Assembly (NCBI GenBank): GCA_003614675.1
Contig: ML002227.1
Location: 50,828-70,827 of the forward strand
Origin: Dimargaris cristalligena
Taxonomy: Eukaryota
Direction: 5' to 3'
Length of the DNA: 20,000 nucleotides
Numbering within the stretch: the stretch's first letter is position 1; each line of letters begins with the position of its first letter. The notes under the pieces are model-generated. The model was given only the letters and a program-made list of their open reading frames with translations, was not told the origin of the DNA and did not search any database. Position numbers and translations under genes: made by a program. This document shows positions 1 through 9,994 of the stretch, in pieces.

Positions 1-1
1 G

Positions 2-3000
2 CGGTTGGGAGAGCTCTCTAGAGGGGGTTCCACTACCGGAGGAGTGAACAACCGCCGAGAAGGGGGGCCGGTGCTCGGCCCACTGGGCAACGAGCATCGC
101 ATTGTACGACTCGTCGCGTGCCATTTCAGACCATGCGCCTAGGGAAATAGTACTTAGGCGATCGGGGGCGTATTGCGAAAAGGGCTGAGGCGGTACTAGG
201 CCAGAGGGGTGAGCCGCTGGACGACTTCCAACCACAGGGGATGAAGTGGGCATGCCAATCATTGTAGGGCGAGATTGGCGTAGCAACGGTTCGACCACTT
301 CGGGCATAGATGGCGGCATGTGGGGGAACGGGACTCTGTCCACTGGGGCATTTTCGGTGTATGCCTTGTGCGGCGGCAGATAATCGGCGGTTAGGTTCTT
401 GTCGGACGGAACGGCAAACGTTAGGCCAGGGGACTGTTCCTGGGACCACCGCAGGGGCTCTGTCAACTGGTTAGCGGTAGGCGGGTAATGCGAGTCGAGC
501 TCCCGAACTACCACTGAGTCCGGGGGAGATGCAAAGGCAACTGGAGTATCCCCGGCTATTGGGTGGGCCATTCGCTCGGAACTCAACTTAGCACCCCCCC
601 GGTCGTCTGAGCGGCGTGGGGTGGGCAATTGAGTGACGGTTGAGGAACCAACTAATGACACCCGGTCTGCGCGAACGGGCGGCGGCACTGGTCGGGTTGA
701 GGGTAAGTAGTCTGATTTGGCGGGTGGAGTGACAGATGTGGCATTCGATGCTAATACGCGGTGCCCTTGCAACTCAACTGCCCGGACAGGAGTAGATGTC
801 AAAATCTCGGGAGAAGATATTTGCTGCTGCGGAAGGCGTGGTCGAGAAGAATTCGCGGTTTTGGGAGCTCTACTCGAGGGGGCGGGGGAGGAGCCATATT
901 CCGGAGGTAAATGCGGCCAAGTGGATACGGGGTGGTCGGCAATCATAGCAGGTCCTACGGGACGACGGTCCAATTCTGGATTAGTGGGTGACAAGTCGCG
1001 CTGTGGATAAGTTGCCGTTTGAGCCAGAGTGGACTGCTCCCGCTCTGCTGCTTGAAGCGTGGTTGGCCCGACGGATAAATGATTGGTAGAAACTAGGCTA
1101 TGTTCGAGGGGAGAAGTAGGTCGAGGTAAGGCTATTGGGACCGGTTCAGTGGGCGGTGCCCACTGAGAGACCGTAGTGGCCACCATTACTGGCGAAGGTT
1201 GATGCTCAGTCGGACTGACTGAACGGGGTGGAGTGGGTTGCTCTAGAGCAGCTATGGCTGCTGATGCTGGAACAATCGGGCTCGCCACTTTAGGCCGGGA
1301 TTCGCTTTCGGTTGGGGACGCAGGTTGGACGAAGGCAGCCTGCCCCGTAACATTAGCTGGTGCCGTGGGAGAATCGCCGCATGCTTGAGTCACCGATGAT
1401 GAGCTATACCTGGCCTGACCAGTAGAGGCTGATAGGTGTAAGGGGGACCCATTTATTGAAGAGTGGGTTCGTGGGGGTGCAGCTGGCGACTGCCGCGCCG
1501 ACTGGGCTGGATCTGCCTTGAGTTGACCCAAGTTGGAATACACAAGTGGGGATTGGATAGGTGCCATGGTATAAGAACCCTGCCGAAGTGGGGCCGCCAC
1601 CGATACTATAGCGGCTTGGCCAATCTCTTCGTCGTCGGAGCTTAGTGGGTCAAGGTCCGAGGCGGGGGCGGATTCTGACGACAGGGACGATGAATGGGTA
1701 TCGGCTGGGAAGGGGACTGGAGTCCCCGACGGGCTTGGCACAAGTAAAGTGGGAGGCGGTTCAGGACTAGAGGATGGCCGTACGGGATCGGGACGGGGGG
1801 ACCCACCGGATCGGATAATAGCGGGGGTTGGCGAGGCGGGGACCATCAAATGACCCTCACGACCGAAAGGTTTCGCAAACGGACTAAGGTGGGTGGCGGG
1901 GCCGAATTCCCGTGAGTATCGGGCGCTAATGTGGCTCTGTATAGAACTCTGACTATTTCTTCTCGACGCGGACAGAATACTGGCAAAAGATTGGGCCGAC
2001 AAACGTAGCGCTTGGGCTTTTTGTACGCCCACGACGCGCTCTTCGCTGACCCGGTTCTCGATAAAAGACGTTGAATGGCCTGTGACTATTTCGAAGTCGA
2101 ATTCATCATCATCATCTACACCATCTTCCTCATCCTCTTGCTCGTCTTCCGAATGATGGTCCTTGGCCCTTGGAAGGTCTTCATCCGTATCATTGTAGTT
2201 CCCCTTATCCTGTTCAGGGTCTACGTCGTCATCGGCGATTGAAGGGTCGGATAAGTTCCTTGATACAGTCTTTGGCTCAAACTCGGCCCGATGATGGGTA
2301 TCTTGGGGCACATCATCCAAGGAGCGATCGGATAGAAAGTAGGGGTCTGCAGCCGAATCCATATAGTCCATGGAAGGGCGATACATACCCCCTGCCCGTT
2401 CGTAGGCATAGTTCTCCGCGTCAACATCCAATGAAAAAGAGCTGGCCGGAGGAAGTTCAGGTCGGGCGCACTGAAGGGGCCGCTCGGGATAGCCGAGTTC
2501 AGTCATGAGACCGAGCTGCTCCGGGGTGAAATCAGGCGATAGATCGAGAGAGGAAATGGAACAAGTGTGGATATACGAGTAGGTTGACCGTAGGGAGTGG
2601 AAGGAGGGTCGGGTGACAAGGGGGATGGTTGGGGCCGTCGTTAAATACTGGGTAGTGGATACCTCCTCTCCCATGCCATTCTGGGCCGTGGGAGTGAAGA
2701 TGGGGCTGGCCTCTTCCTGTGACGAACCCTCAATGATGGGACAGAGCCCGCTTTTCAAATCAGTCGAAAATATCCGTTTCCGGTTGGGCTTGAACTCTGA
2801 CTCGGGTTGCCAGGGGGCTTGCGAATCAATAGCGGCCGATTGATTCGAATGGGCCGATAAATTATTCAGTGGAGTCACCGAGGTAGCACAGGGCAGGTCG
2901 TCGGACTGCGAATAACTAGTCTCGGGCTGCAGTTGGGTATTACCATTTTGGGCGGGACCATCGATGGCCTTTAGTAAGGGGGCGGGGCTGTGTCTCAGTG

Positions 3001-6000
3001 AAGGTGAATAATGGCCAGTGGCAATCCAGTGTTCCACGGGTGAGGTGCCATAGGAACGGGATAAACTGGTGGGGGGAAGGATAGATTCAATTTGCTCATT
3101 AGGGGAGGTACCTCGAGGCAGCGGGAACGGGTGTGTTTTTTCGGACTCCGAAGCGAGCGAGAGCGAGGGGATTCCTTTTGGGTGCGGAGAAGGGCTGCGC
3201 TCGCGGCAGTCTTCATTCACGATAGAGGGGGGTGATGCAAGACTGGATTGGCTGGTCTCGGCATACGTCACCACGGGTACGGGCAGCGATTGATCATTGT
3301 ACTGGTGGTCTGGAATAAAATTATCAGGGGAACCGACTTGCTTAATCGGTGATGAAGTGGAGGTATGGTCACCTGGTGAAGCCTGGCCATCCTTCCCGGG
3401 CAAAAAAGAAGGCTGGGGTCCTTCAGATTTGATGGACTGGTTTAGAGAATCGGTGGACTCTCTGCGCATCTGAAACACGGACAATTGTGGGGGAGTCATG
3501 GGGCTAGACCGGTTGGGCACTCCGCGGACAGGAGCGGATAGCTCGGGCGAATCACGTGGAACCACTTGCTGGGTAAGCGGTAAAGGGGCCAAGTTATCGT
3601 TACGAGGCACATCCTTGGACTCAATCGGGGTAGGGACTGGTGCTACCGCATTCCTGAAGGACAGTTGCTTGGCTGATAGAGGTGTGCCAATTTGATGAGG
3701 CTTGGCAAATGTCTCTGATATGGCTTGAGGCCGTTGGTAATTAGCCCGGATAGCGGAAACAGTGGTAGGGACAGGGACGCTCTGAGATCGATCAGAAGTA
3801 CCGGCTGTACCAGATGAGGCGGGTGGGAAACGATTTAATAGTTTGCCCGGCTGGGGCTTCCGAGTTGACATTAAATCGACGACCTCCTGATGCGCCATAA
3901 GATCTGCCATGAGTTGATCAATCTTGGATCTCGAACTGGCCGGGGCCTGGGACTGGCCGGAACGTGAAGTCTCCGGTTTATCAGAGGGGGCCGCCGGCTG
4001 CGCTGAAGTGGACACTGGTGGCGAAGCTGAGCCTAAGGCTGAGGCTGGTGAGGTCAGCTTGGTTGACGACTGGCTTGCGATGAAAGCACTACCAGGTTCC
4101 GAGACCGAGGGAGAAGCATTCGTGATGGGCACAGTAGCAGATGGTGGTGACGCCATTGACTTTCTAATGTCAATAAATGGTGCCGGTTCAGTATGAGAGA
4201 AGGCCAAGGGAGTAGCATTCGCGATAGGGACAGCAGTAGGTGGTGGTGATGCCGTCGACTCGGTATTGTCAATAAATGGTACAGACCCAGTGCGAGGGGA
4301 GGCCAACGGAGTAGCACTCGAGATGGGGACAGCAGGAGGTGGTGGTGAGGCCGTCGACTTGCCATTGCCATTAAATGATACCGACTCGGTGCGAGGGGAG
4401 GTCAATAGAGTAGCATTCGTAGTGGGGGCAGTAGCAGGTGGTGGCGACGCCATTGGCTTGGTATTGTCAATAAATGGCACCGACTCAGTGCGAGGGGTGG
4501 CCAATTCCAGTGGCACATGCGGGGGCGAGCAGGCTACTGAGTAAATGGACACCTCAGGGGCAACCACAAGTGGGCCGGGTGACACTGAAGAAAATGCGGT
4601 GATCCTAGGCGGAGAAACCGACTGGTAGGGCAAACCCGGTGATACTGACGGTGAGGGAGCCTCAGCGGCCCTGGCCACGGGTTTGGGGGAAGCTGGATCT
4701 ACCGACGAATAAGTAGGAGGCACAAAGGAGTCGTCGCGTAGTTCGTTTGCAACAGAAGCGAAATCTGAGACCGTCGGTGGCGACCTCGAGAGGGAGGGCA
4801 GAGCCGGGGACAACCGGGGTGAAGATATCTGGACAACTTCAAGCACTGGCTCGCAAACGACAGGGGATGTAATGACCTCGACTGGAGATGGGACACCGCG
4901 GGCCGGCACGGTCAAAGTTGGCGACGGTGGAGTTGACTTTGTAAGTTCCGATGATGATCTCGATGTGGTAGACGTTAGGTCTGATTCGACCAGAGGTGAA
5001 GCAATACGAAGGGGTACAGTGGGCGACTGTGGCGGTGAAACCGACCCCACCGTGCTAATTAAGGACTTTGGTGTAGTGGACGAAGGAGCTTGATCGCCCG
5101 ATGTAATAGGGCTGACGGGCGGTGAAGATACCGACCGATTCAACTCAGTCGTGGGCTCGGATGTGAAGGTGTGTATAACCGGGCTCACTCGTGGGGGCAT
5201 GTCATGAGACGACTGAATCGGTAATAGCGGCGGTGACAATGCCCGGATGACATCGGTGAAAAGGCCAGGTGCAACGGACGGGGAAGGTGATCTTGTAGAC
5301 ACGGCCAATGGAGAGGTGGTAAGTACGGGTGCAAAATCCAGGGGAGAGGACAAGGTCGGAGAGTACAATTTGACAATATCCGCGATTTTTTTAGGCGACG
5401 GAGACCGGGACTGGTTCAGCCTACTTAGCGATCCCGACATTAGCGGTGCGGGGGATGTGGCAACTGGAGGGTGTTCTGTTGAGCCGCGGAGCAGGGGAGT
5501 AGTGGCAATGGGCATCGATCGGGGCTGATCCAGGGAAGCCGATTTAGGTGCAACTTCTGCCGACAAAAAGTTACGCTCCGTGGGGGATAGTGAGCGGGTG
5601 GATACAGGCGAGCCACCTAACTTCGCCATCTCGAGGCTGAGTTCGGACTCGAGGGTTTCTAATAAAAGTTGGGCGGACTTAGGGCTAGCTTGAGGGGAAG
5701 TGTTCGTCGCCTGGGTGGTCGGCAGTGGGCTAGTAATGGATTGGGAGCTATTGCGGCTGGACCGTCCCGGGGAAGGGACGTGGTTATGGTTGGGTACCAA
5801 CGCCTGAGTCCTCGTTGGGGTAACTGGGGTGGAAGTGCCCGAATCCCGAGACTTGAGAATGGCGGCCATATCGGTAATAGCCGATAAGTCAGTCGCTTTA
5901 CCATGGGTGGTGAAGGTCATAGCCGCCTCCACCTTGGGTGGGTTTTTACCCATTGCGGAAGAATAAGGATTGATAACAGTAGTGGGGGCTATGGAGGAGC

Positions 6001-9000
6001 GGGCCGACGCCGGTTTGACCCCTAAATCATGTTGATCAATATCGGGGGATCTACTAGGGGTTGGGGTGGCAGACGACGAGCGAGGACCAACAAAGATCTT
6101 AGCGCCTATTGGGCGGCGCCCACTCGGAGCTGACCGCGGGTAGGGTGCCCGAATTTGCCGGAAGTGGACGGGGATTTCAAGAGGAATATAGTCTTCTAGA
6201 ATAGGATCACTGGTCGAAATCGGGACCGGTGAGTGGAGGGTAGGGCCTTTTTTAGGTGGCAACGGCCCGGGCATAGTTGTAAGAATAGTAGGCTTATCAG
6301 CCCCACATTTACTAGCTAAGTTAGTCGAGTGGGAAGGAGGTGGGCCGGATAACCCCAACTCGCTAAGCAATCTAGCTCCGACGCTAGGACTTACTTCCCC
6401 GCTGCTGGCTACTTGCTCATTGAGCTGGCGCTCAATATCCAGCAGAATGGAGTCCACCTGGCGTTCATGAGCAATAAGACTAGGGGAGCGGGGAGGTTCA
6501 ACTTGAGGTTTCATGGGGGAGGCTACCGAAGGTGAAGTGGCCGCTCCTGAGGAACGGCTGGTTCTGGACGATTTATTCGACTGCGAGTCCGACTGGTGGT
6601 GGCCAGAGTGCGCACGAGACCGAACATGATCATTCAATAAGGCGTCAAGAGCATTCGCAATATCAGCGGGGTCTTCGGCAAGCGGAGGAGACTGGACAGG
6701 CTCCTTGGGGGCCAGTGATGAATGAGTGACGGGCTGATCTGACCCAACAACGACAATCGGCGTTTGACCCACGTGCGGCCGCACTGATGATACATCATCG
6801 GCGGGCAAGAAATCGGGTGATGAACGAGTGGATCGACTTGGGTCAGGAAGCCCTCCATAGGGTGAAGTATCGTCGTGCAGTAGAGTCGGCACGATCGGAG
6901 TCGAATAATCATAGTAATTGGCCTCAAAGTTATTGGGATCCTCCATTTGGGGCAGGGCCGAAAGAGAGTAGTTCATTGAGAACAACTGCTGATCCAGATC
7001 CGCGATTTCTTGGGCGATTTCCGCGCTACTCTTGATGACAGGCGAGGTGTATCCGGAGCCGTAAGAATACTCGGATGTAAAAGTAGAGGTGGATTTACGG
7101 GGGGTAGACTGGATCGGATTATCCCGGGGAGCCAAGCCCACAGCCGATGACGCACTCGCGCGCTGAGAGCGATTGGGGTGGGTATCAGGCGGGGGGAAAT
7201 TAAGGAAAGTGGGGTCCGAGAGGCGGTAGATGTGATTGTCCAGAACGTACGAAGTATCGGGCTGAGTCGGTGATTGTGCAGCAACCATAGATGTTATGTT
7301 ACCCTGATCCATCGAATCCATGGAGGGGGACGAGTGTTCGCGTGGGGTAGGGGGAAGGGGGGATAGTATCAGGGGGGTCGTTAACGCAAGACCCTGCGTT
7401 GGGGTGGCTACAGGGGATAATGAAATCGGTCTGTAGGTAGATATGCCAGGAGACTGAGGTTGAGAAGCGTGAGTGAAAGCCGGGGAGGGGGAAGATATAT
7501 CAATATCATCAGCAAAGAGGGGCGGCGAACCGACTGACCGCAGAAGCTGTTCAGAGGAGCGGGGGGAAAGGGGTGGGGGATGGCCCCAATTGCCCCCTGG
7601 ATCAGCCGTAGAAGCAGGCAGATGAAGATCAAAGGAATGGCCCGCCGACTGGGATTTTGCCACGGGTGTGGGGGACTCGGGGACCAGAGGAAGGGAGGTC
7701 ACTACAGATCCTGCGCCGGTAGGTAGAATCACCGAAAATCGATTAGCCAGAGGATCCGACGACCGCCGGGATGAAAAGGCATCGAAACTAATACCCTTCT
7801 CCTCCAATACGTCACTGAGCACCGAATTGCTGGGGAGGGAAGTCCGTGACGATGGTGGAGACCGGTGGCCGAATGATGACCCTACGCCAAAACTGATATC
7901 TGATGAATAGCTCGCGTTATAGGAATCGCGTGAATCGCGCTGGCGCCGGGACAGCGAGCGCAGCAATTCGTTGGATGCCCGCTTGGAGTTCTCGGCGGCG
8001 TGCTGGCGCTGAACGTGCTTCAGAACCATATGGGGATGGGTCGACGCAGTATCGGAATTCTCGGACATCATCGATTCCGAATGGGGAGAGGGTTCGGCCG
8101 GCGTGTGGGCGTGTCCCGATGATATACGATTGGGAGATATGCTGGACTGGACCACACTGTCCGTGGCCTGAAACGGGGAAATGGGCAGCTGGGCGGAGAC
8201 GGGGTGCGGCGGGGCCGACTTCTCCGGATCGGCCGGGCCCAGTCCGGCGGTATGGGGACGGGAAAAGGGGCCCGACTGGTATCCAGGTCGCACGGGTGGT
8301 GGTCCCCCCGTTTTCGGAAGACGGGGCGAGGCCAGATTGGCTATAGATTCGGCCGACGGTATGGTGGTTAGAGGCTCAGGTCGCGCGGATACCCTTGCCA
8401 GAACGGGGCCAGTTGTAAAGAAGGTCGGACGCTCTTGGAAACTGCAATCATCCGTGGACTTTCTGGACGCAATAGGTGAGGTCGAGGCCGATACGGATGG
8501 TTTCCGAGATGGCTGGGGAACCATAGGGGAGGCCGGGAGGGGAGCCAGAACAGCGGCGGGTAGTGGAGCACTCTGGGCCAATGGGGGGTCTGTAGGCGAC
8601 AGATCAGGGGTGTCAGCGACGGTGAAATTACGAACACTTAGTTTTTTGAGTTGGCCATCCAATGGGAGTCTGGGGGTGCCAGGCTGGGATTGGAACCATC
8701 CGGTGGGTACATCGATGGGGGATATAGAAAAAGGCAGCTGGGGCTCCTCAAGATTGAGGGGTGGGTATGTAGGCCCATTTCCTTCGGTATAGCTGCGGTG
8801 GTATACAGGCGATAATGGACCGGTTCGGGTTAGATTAACGGTGATTGCGCCGGTGGGGTCAATTTCCAAAGGCCGCGTAGGGGGGACTTTACCGTCCTTG
8901 TGTGGGACCAGGGGAGATTTAGGTGGCAATTGGCCGGATAGTGGGTCGTCCGTACCCGTCCCAACATTGGGGCCGACACTGTTAGACTGACGGGGTTTGG

Positions 9001-9994
9001 GCTGGCCGAGGATGGTCTTGGAGGGGCGAATTAATTTGGATTGGATAGAATTAAAAAGGCTTGTACCAGGGGCAATGGGTATGGGCCTAGGCTTGGTGGT
9101 GGTGGCGGCCGTGGTGGTGGGCGACGAAGTAGGGGAGGTCGCAACCACTGGTGGGGACAGTGGTTCTTCCTGGTTAGTAGTAGCGATGGGTGCCGCAACA
9201 GCAGGGGTAGCCAATGATGGATCAAAGTTAGAGGGACTATCGAGAGAGGCTGTGGCGGGGATGGAAACCCGGCCCTGTGGGGAGGACTCGCGACTCCTCG
9301 GGAGGCGGTTATTGGGGGCCGATGAGGCCAAGATTGGAGTGCAGCCAGCCGCTAGTGAGATGGGAGAGGGGATTGGACTGGGTTTGGGCAGGGGACCAGT
9401 AGTGGTATTTTCCAAAGGCTCACTGAGTCTCGCACCAGGAGGACCAGGAGGGAAAATACCGGGGACAGGACCCTCGGAAAGGGGGTGCGATGGAGGCGGC
9501 GGGGGCGGCGGGGGCGGGGGGGTATTCAAGGGGGGTGAGTGGAAGGGGGACTGCCGCGCGGGAGCGGATGTTGATGCAGCGAACGGCGGCGGAGCGTTAT
9601 CCACAATGTCCTCTAATTCCCGGTTCGACAGGGGCACGTCCAGGGAAAAAATGGAACCCTGGTCATCGTCACCTTCGTCGAGGTCGCTGCCGGAGTAATC
9701 GGCGGATATTTTAAGCAGGCGTTTCCGACGGGCCCGCTTGCCTAGGGCGCCCCTTATGCGTTTCATTTCGTCCATGACTTCATCGTACTTTTTAACCACC
9801 TCCTCGGGCACCAGGGGGTTGGCGTTCACGGGGATATCCTCCTCGATTTCAATTTCGATTTCCCGCGAGAGCGAGGGTTTGGATGGGAGCGGCCGGGAGG
9901 CGGACATGGTCGGCCTGGCGAATGGGGATTGGTTGGGAGCGGTCGAGCGGGAGGGCAGAACCGGAGACGACGGTTTGCCGGTCGGAATGACCAT
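2..9994 (-). CDS. Giant Pro/Ser/Thr-rich, largely disordered hypothetical protein (>=3331 aa, 3' end beyond the window's left edge); possible paxillin/LD-motif-type scaffold
   Basis: Manual translation of the minus frame (codon starts = 1 mod 3) is open from ATG 9994 (MVIPTGKPSSPVLPSRST...EEVVKKYDEVMDEMKRIRGALGKRARRKRLLKI...) to position 2 (...SGTPSRELSQP). An in-frame TAA lies just upstream (~10055-10057). The ORF track lists no ORF in this frame over 1-10000, as expected for one ORF with no stop in the window. There is an alternative ATG at 9907. Confidence 0.9.
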   Translation of the reverse strand, partial: MVIPTGKPSSPVLPSRSTAPNQSPFARPTMSASRPLPSKPSLSREIEIEIEEDIPVNANPLVPEEVVKKYDEVMDEMKRIRGALGKRARRKRLLKISADYSGSDLDEGDDDQGSIFSLDVPLSNRELEDIVDNAPPPFAASTSAPARQSPFHSPPLNTPPPPPPPPPPSHPLSEGPVPGIFPPGPPGARLSEPLENTTTGPLPKPSPIPSPISLAAGCTPILASSAPNNRLPRSRESSPQGRVSIPATASLDSPSNFDPSLATPAVAAPIATTNQEEPLSPPVVATSPTSSPTTTAATTTKPRPIPIAPGTSLFNSIQSKLIRPSKTILGQPKPRQSNSVGPNVGTGTDDPLSGQLPPKSPLVPHKDGKVPPTRPLEIDPTGAITVNLTRTGPLSPVYHRSYTEGNGPTYPPLNLEEPQLPFSISPIDVPTGWFQSQPGTPRLPLDGQLKKLSVRNFTVADTPDLSPTDPPLAQSAPLPAAVLAPLPASPMVPQPSRKPSVSASTSPIASRKSTDDCSFQERPTFFTTGPVLARVSARPEPLTTIPSAESIANLASPRLPKTGGPPPVRPGYQSGPFSRPHTAGLGPADPEKSAPPHPVSAQLPISPFQATDSVVQSSISPNRISSGHAHTPAEPSPHSESMMSENSDTASTHPHMVLKHVQRQHAAENSKRASNELLRSLSRRQRDSRDSYNASYSSDISFGVGSSFGHRSPPSSRTSLPSNSVLSDVLEEKGISFDAFSSRRSSDPLANRFSVILPTGAGSVVTSLPLVPESPTPVAKSQSAGHSFDLHLPASTADPGGNWGHPPPLSPRSSEQLLRSVGSPPLFADDIDISSPSPAFTHASQPQSPGISTYRPISLSPVATPTQGLALTTPLILSPLPPTPREHSSPSMDSMDQGNITSMVAAQSPTQPDTSYVLDNHIYRLSDPTFLNFPPPDTHPNRSQRASASSAVGLAPRDNPIQSTPRKSTSTFTSEYSYGSGYTSPVIKSSAEIAQEIADLDQQLFSMNYSLSALPQMEDPNNFEANYYDYSTPIVPTLLHDDTSPYGGLPDPSRSTRSSPDFLPADDVSSVRPHVGQTPIVVVGSDQPVTHSSLAPKEPVQSPPLAEDPADIANALDALLNDHVRSRAHSGHHQSDSQSNKSSRTSRSSGAATSPSVASPMKPQVEPPRSPSLIAHERQVDSILLDIERQLNEQVASSGEVSPSVGARLLSELGLSGPPPSHSTNLASKCGADKPTILTTMPGPLPPKKGPTLHSPVPISTSDPILEDYIPLEIPVHFRQIRAPYPRSAPSGRRPIGAKIFVGPRSSSATPTPSRSPDIDQHDLGVKPASARSSIAPTTVINPYSSAMGKNPPKVEAAMTFTTHGKATDLSAITDMAAILKSRDSGTSTPVTPTRTQALVPNHNHVPSPGRSSRNSSQSITSPLPTTQATNTSPQASPKSAQLLLETLESELSLEMAKLGGSPVSTRSLSPTERNFLSAEVAPKSASLDQPRSMPIATTPLLRGSTEHPPVATSPAPLMSGSLSRLNQSRSPSPKKIADIVKLYSPTLSSPLDFAPVLTTSPLAVSTRSPSPSVAPGLFTDVIRALSPPLLPIQSSHDMPPRVSPVIHTFTSEPTTELNRSVSSPPVSPITSGDQAPSSTTPKSLISTVGSVSPPQSPTVPLRIASPLVESDLTSTTSRSSSELTKSTPPSPTLTVPARGVPSPVEVITSPVVCEPVLEVVQISSPRLSPALPSLSRSPPTVSDFASVANELRDDSFVPPTYSSVDPASPKPVARAAEAPSPSVSPGLPYQSVSPPRITAFSSVSPGPLVVAPEVSIYSVACSPPHVPLELATPRTESVPFIDNTKPMASPPPATAPTTNATLLTSPRTESVSFNGNGKSTASPPPPAVPISSATPLASPRTGSVPFIDNTESTASPPPTAVPIANATPLAFSHTEPAPFIDIRKSMASPPSATVPITNASPSVSEPGSAFIASQSSTKLTSPASALGSASPPVSTSAQPAAPSDKPETSRSGQSQAPASSRSKIDQLMADLMAHQEVVDLMSTRKPQPGKLLNRFPPASSGTAGTSDRSQSVPVPTTVSAIRANYQRPQAISETFAKPHQIGTPLSAKQLSFRNAVAPVPTPIESKDVPRNDNLAPLPLTQQVVPRDSPELSAPVRGVPNRSSPMTPPQLSVFQMRRESTDSLNQSIKSEGPQPSFLPGKDGQASPGDHTSTSSPIKQVGSPDNFIPDHQYNDQSLPVPVVTYAETSQSSLASPPSIVNEDCRERSPSPHPKGIPSLSLASESEKTHPFPLPRGTSPNEQIESILPPTSLSRSYGTSPVEHWIATGHYSPSLRHSPAPLLKAIDGPAQNGNTQLQPETSYSQSDDLPCATSVTPLNNLSAHSNQSAAIDSQAPWQPESEFKPNRKRIFSTDLKSGLCPIIEGSSQEEASPIFTPTAQNGMGEEVSTTQYLTTAPTIPLVTRPSFHSLRSTYSYIHTCSISSLDLSPDFTPEQLGLMTELGYPERPLQCARPELPPASSFSLDVDAENYAYERAGGMYRPSMDYMDSAADPYFLSDRSLDDVPQDTHHRAEFEPKTVSRNLSDPSIADDDVDPEQDKGNYNDTDEDLPRAKDHHSEDEQEDEEDGVDDDDEFDFEIVTGHSTSFIENRVSEERVVGVQKAQALRLSAQSFASILSASRRNSQSSIQSHISARYSREFGPATHLSPFAKPFGREGHLMVPASPTPAIIRSGGSPRPDPVRPSSSPEPPPTLLVPSPSGTPVPFPADTHSSSLSSESAPASDLDPLSSDDEEIGQAAIVSVAAPLRQGSYTMAPIQSPLVYSNLGQLKADPAQSARQSPAAPPRTHSSINGSPLHLSASTGQARYSSSSVTQACGDSPTAPANVTGQAAFVQPASPTESESRPKVASPIVPASAAIAALEQPTPPRSVSPTEHQPSPVMVATTVSQWAPPTEPVPIALPRPTSPLEHSLVSTNHLSVGPTTLQAAEREQSTLAQTATYPQRDLSPTNPELDRRPVGPAMIADHPVSTWPHLPPEYGSSPAPSSRAPKTANSSRPRLPQQQISSPEILTSTPVRAVELQGHRVLASNATSVTPPAKSDYLPSTRPVPPPVRADRVSLVGSSTVTQLPTPRRSDDRGGAKLSSERMAHPIAGDTPVAFASPPDSVVVRELDSHYPPTANQLTEPLRWSQEQSPGLTFAVPSDKNLTADYLPPHKAYTENAPVDRVPFPHMPPSMPEVVEPLLRQSRPTMIGMPTSSPVVGSRPAAHPSGLVPPQPFSQYAPDRLSTISLGAWSEMARDESYNAMLVAQWAEHRPPFSAVVHSSGSGTPSRELSQP
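4109..4504 (-). repeat. Coding tandem repeat, 4 x 99 bp (33 aa), consensus approx. LASPRTESVPFIDNTKSTASPPPxAVPITNATP
   Basis: The anchor CAATAAATGG/CATTAAATGA recurs at 4171, 4270, 4369 and 4468, an exact 99-bp period. The translated units align without gaps. Confidence 0.92.
9491..9520 (-). repeat. Poly-proline tract (10 consecutive Pro) in the giant ORF
   Basis: Ten consecutive NGG triplets on the + strand, in frame with the giant ORF. Confidence 0.85.

Noticed and set aside
4109-4504. CRISPR-like or mobile-element repeat
   Set aside because: The units are degenerate along their whole length, lie in frame within a coding sequence, and have no unique spacers, cas genes or transposase.
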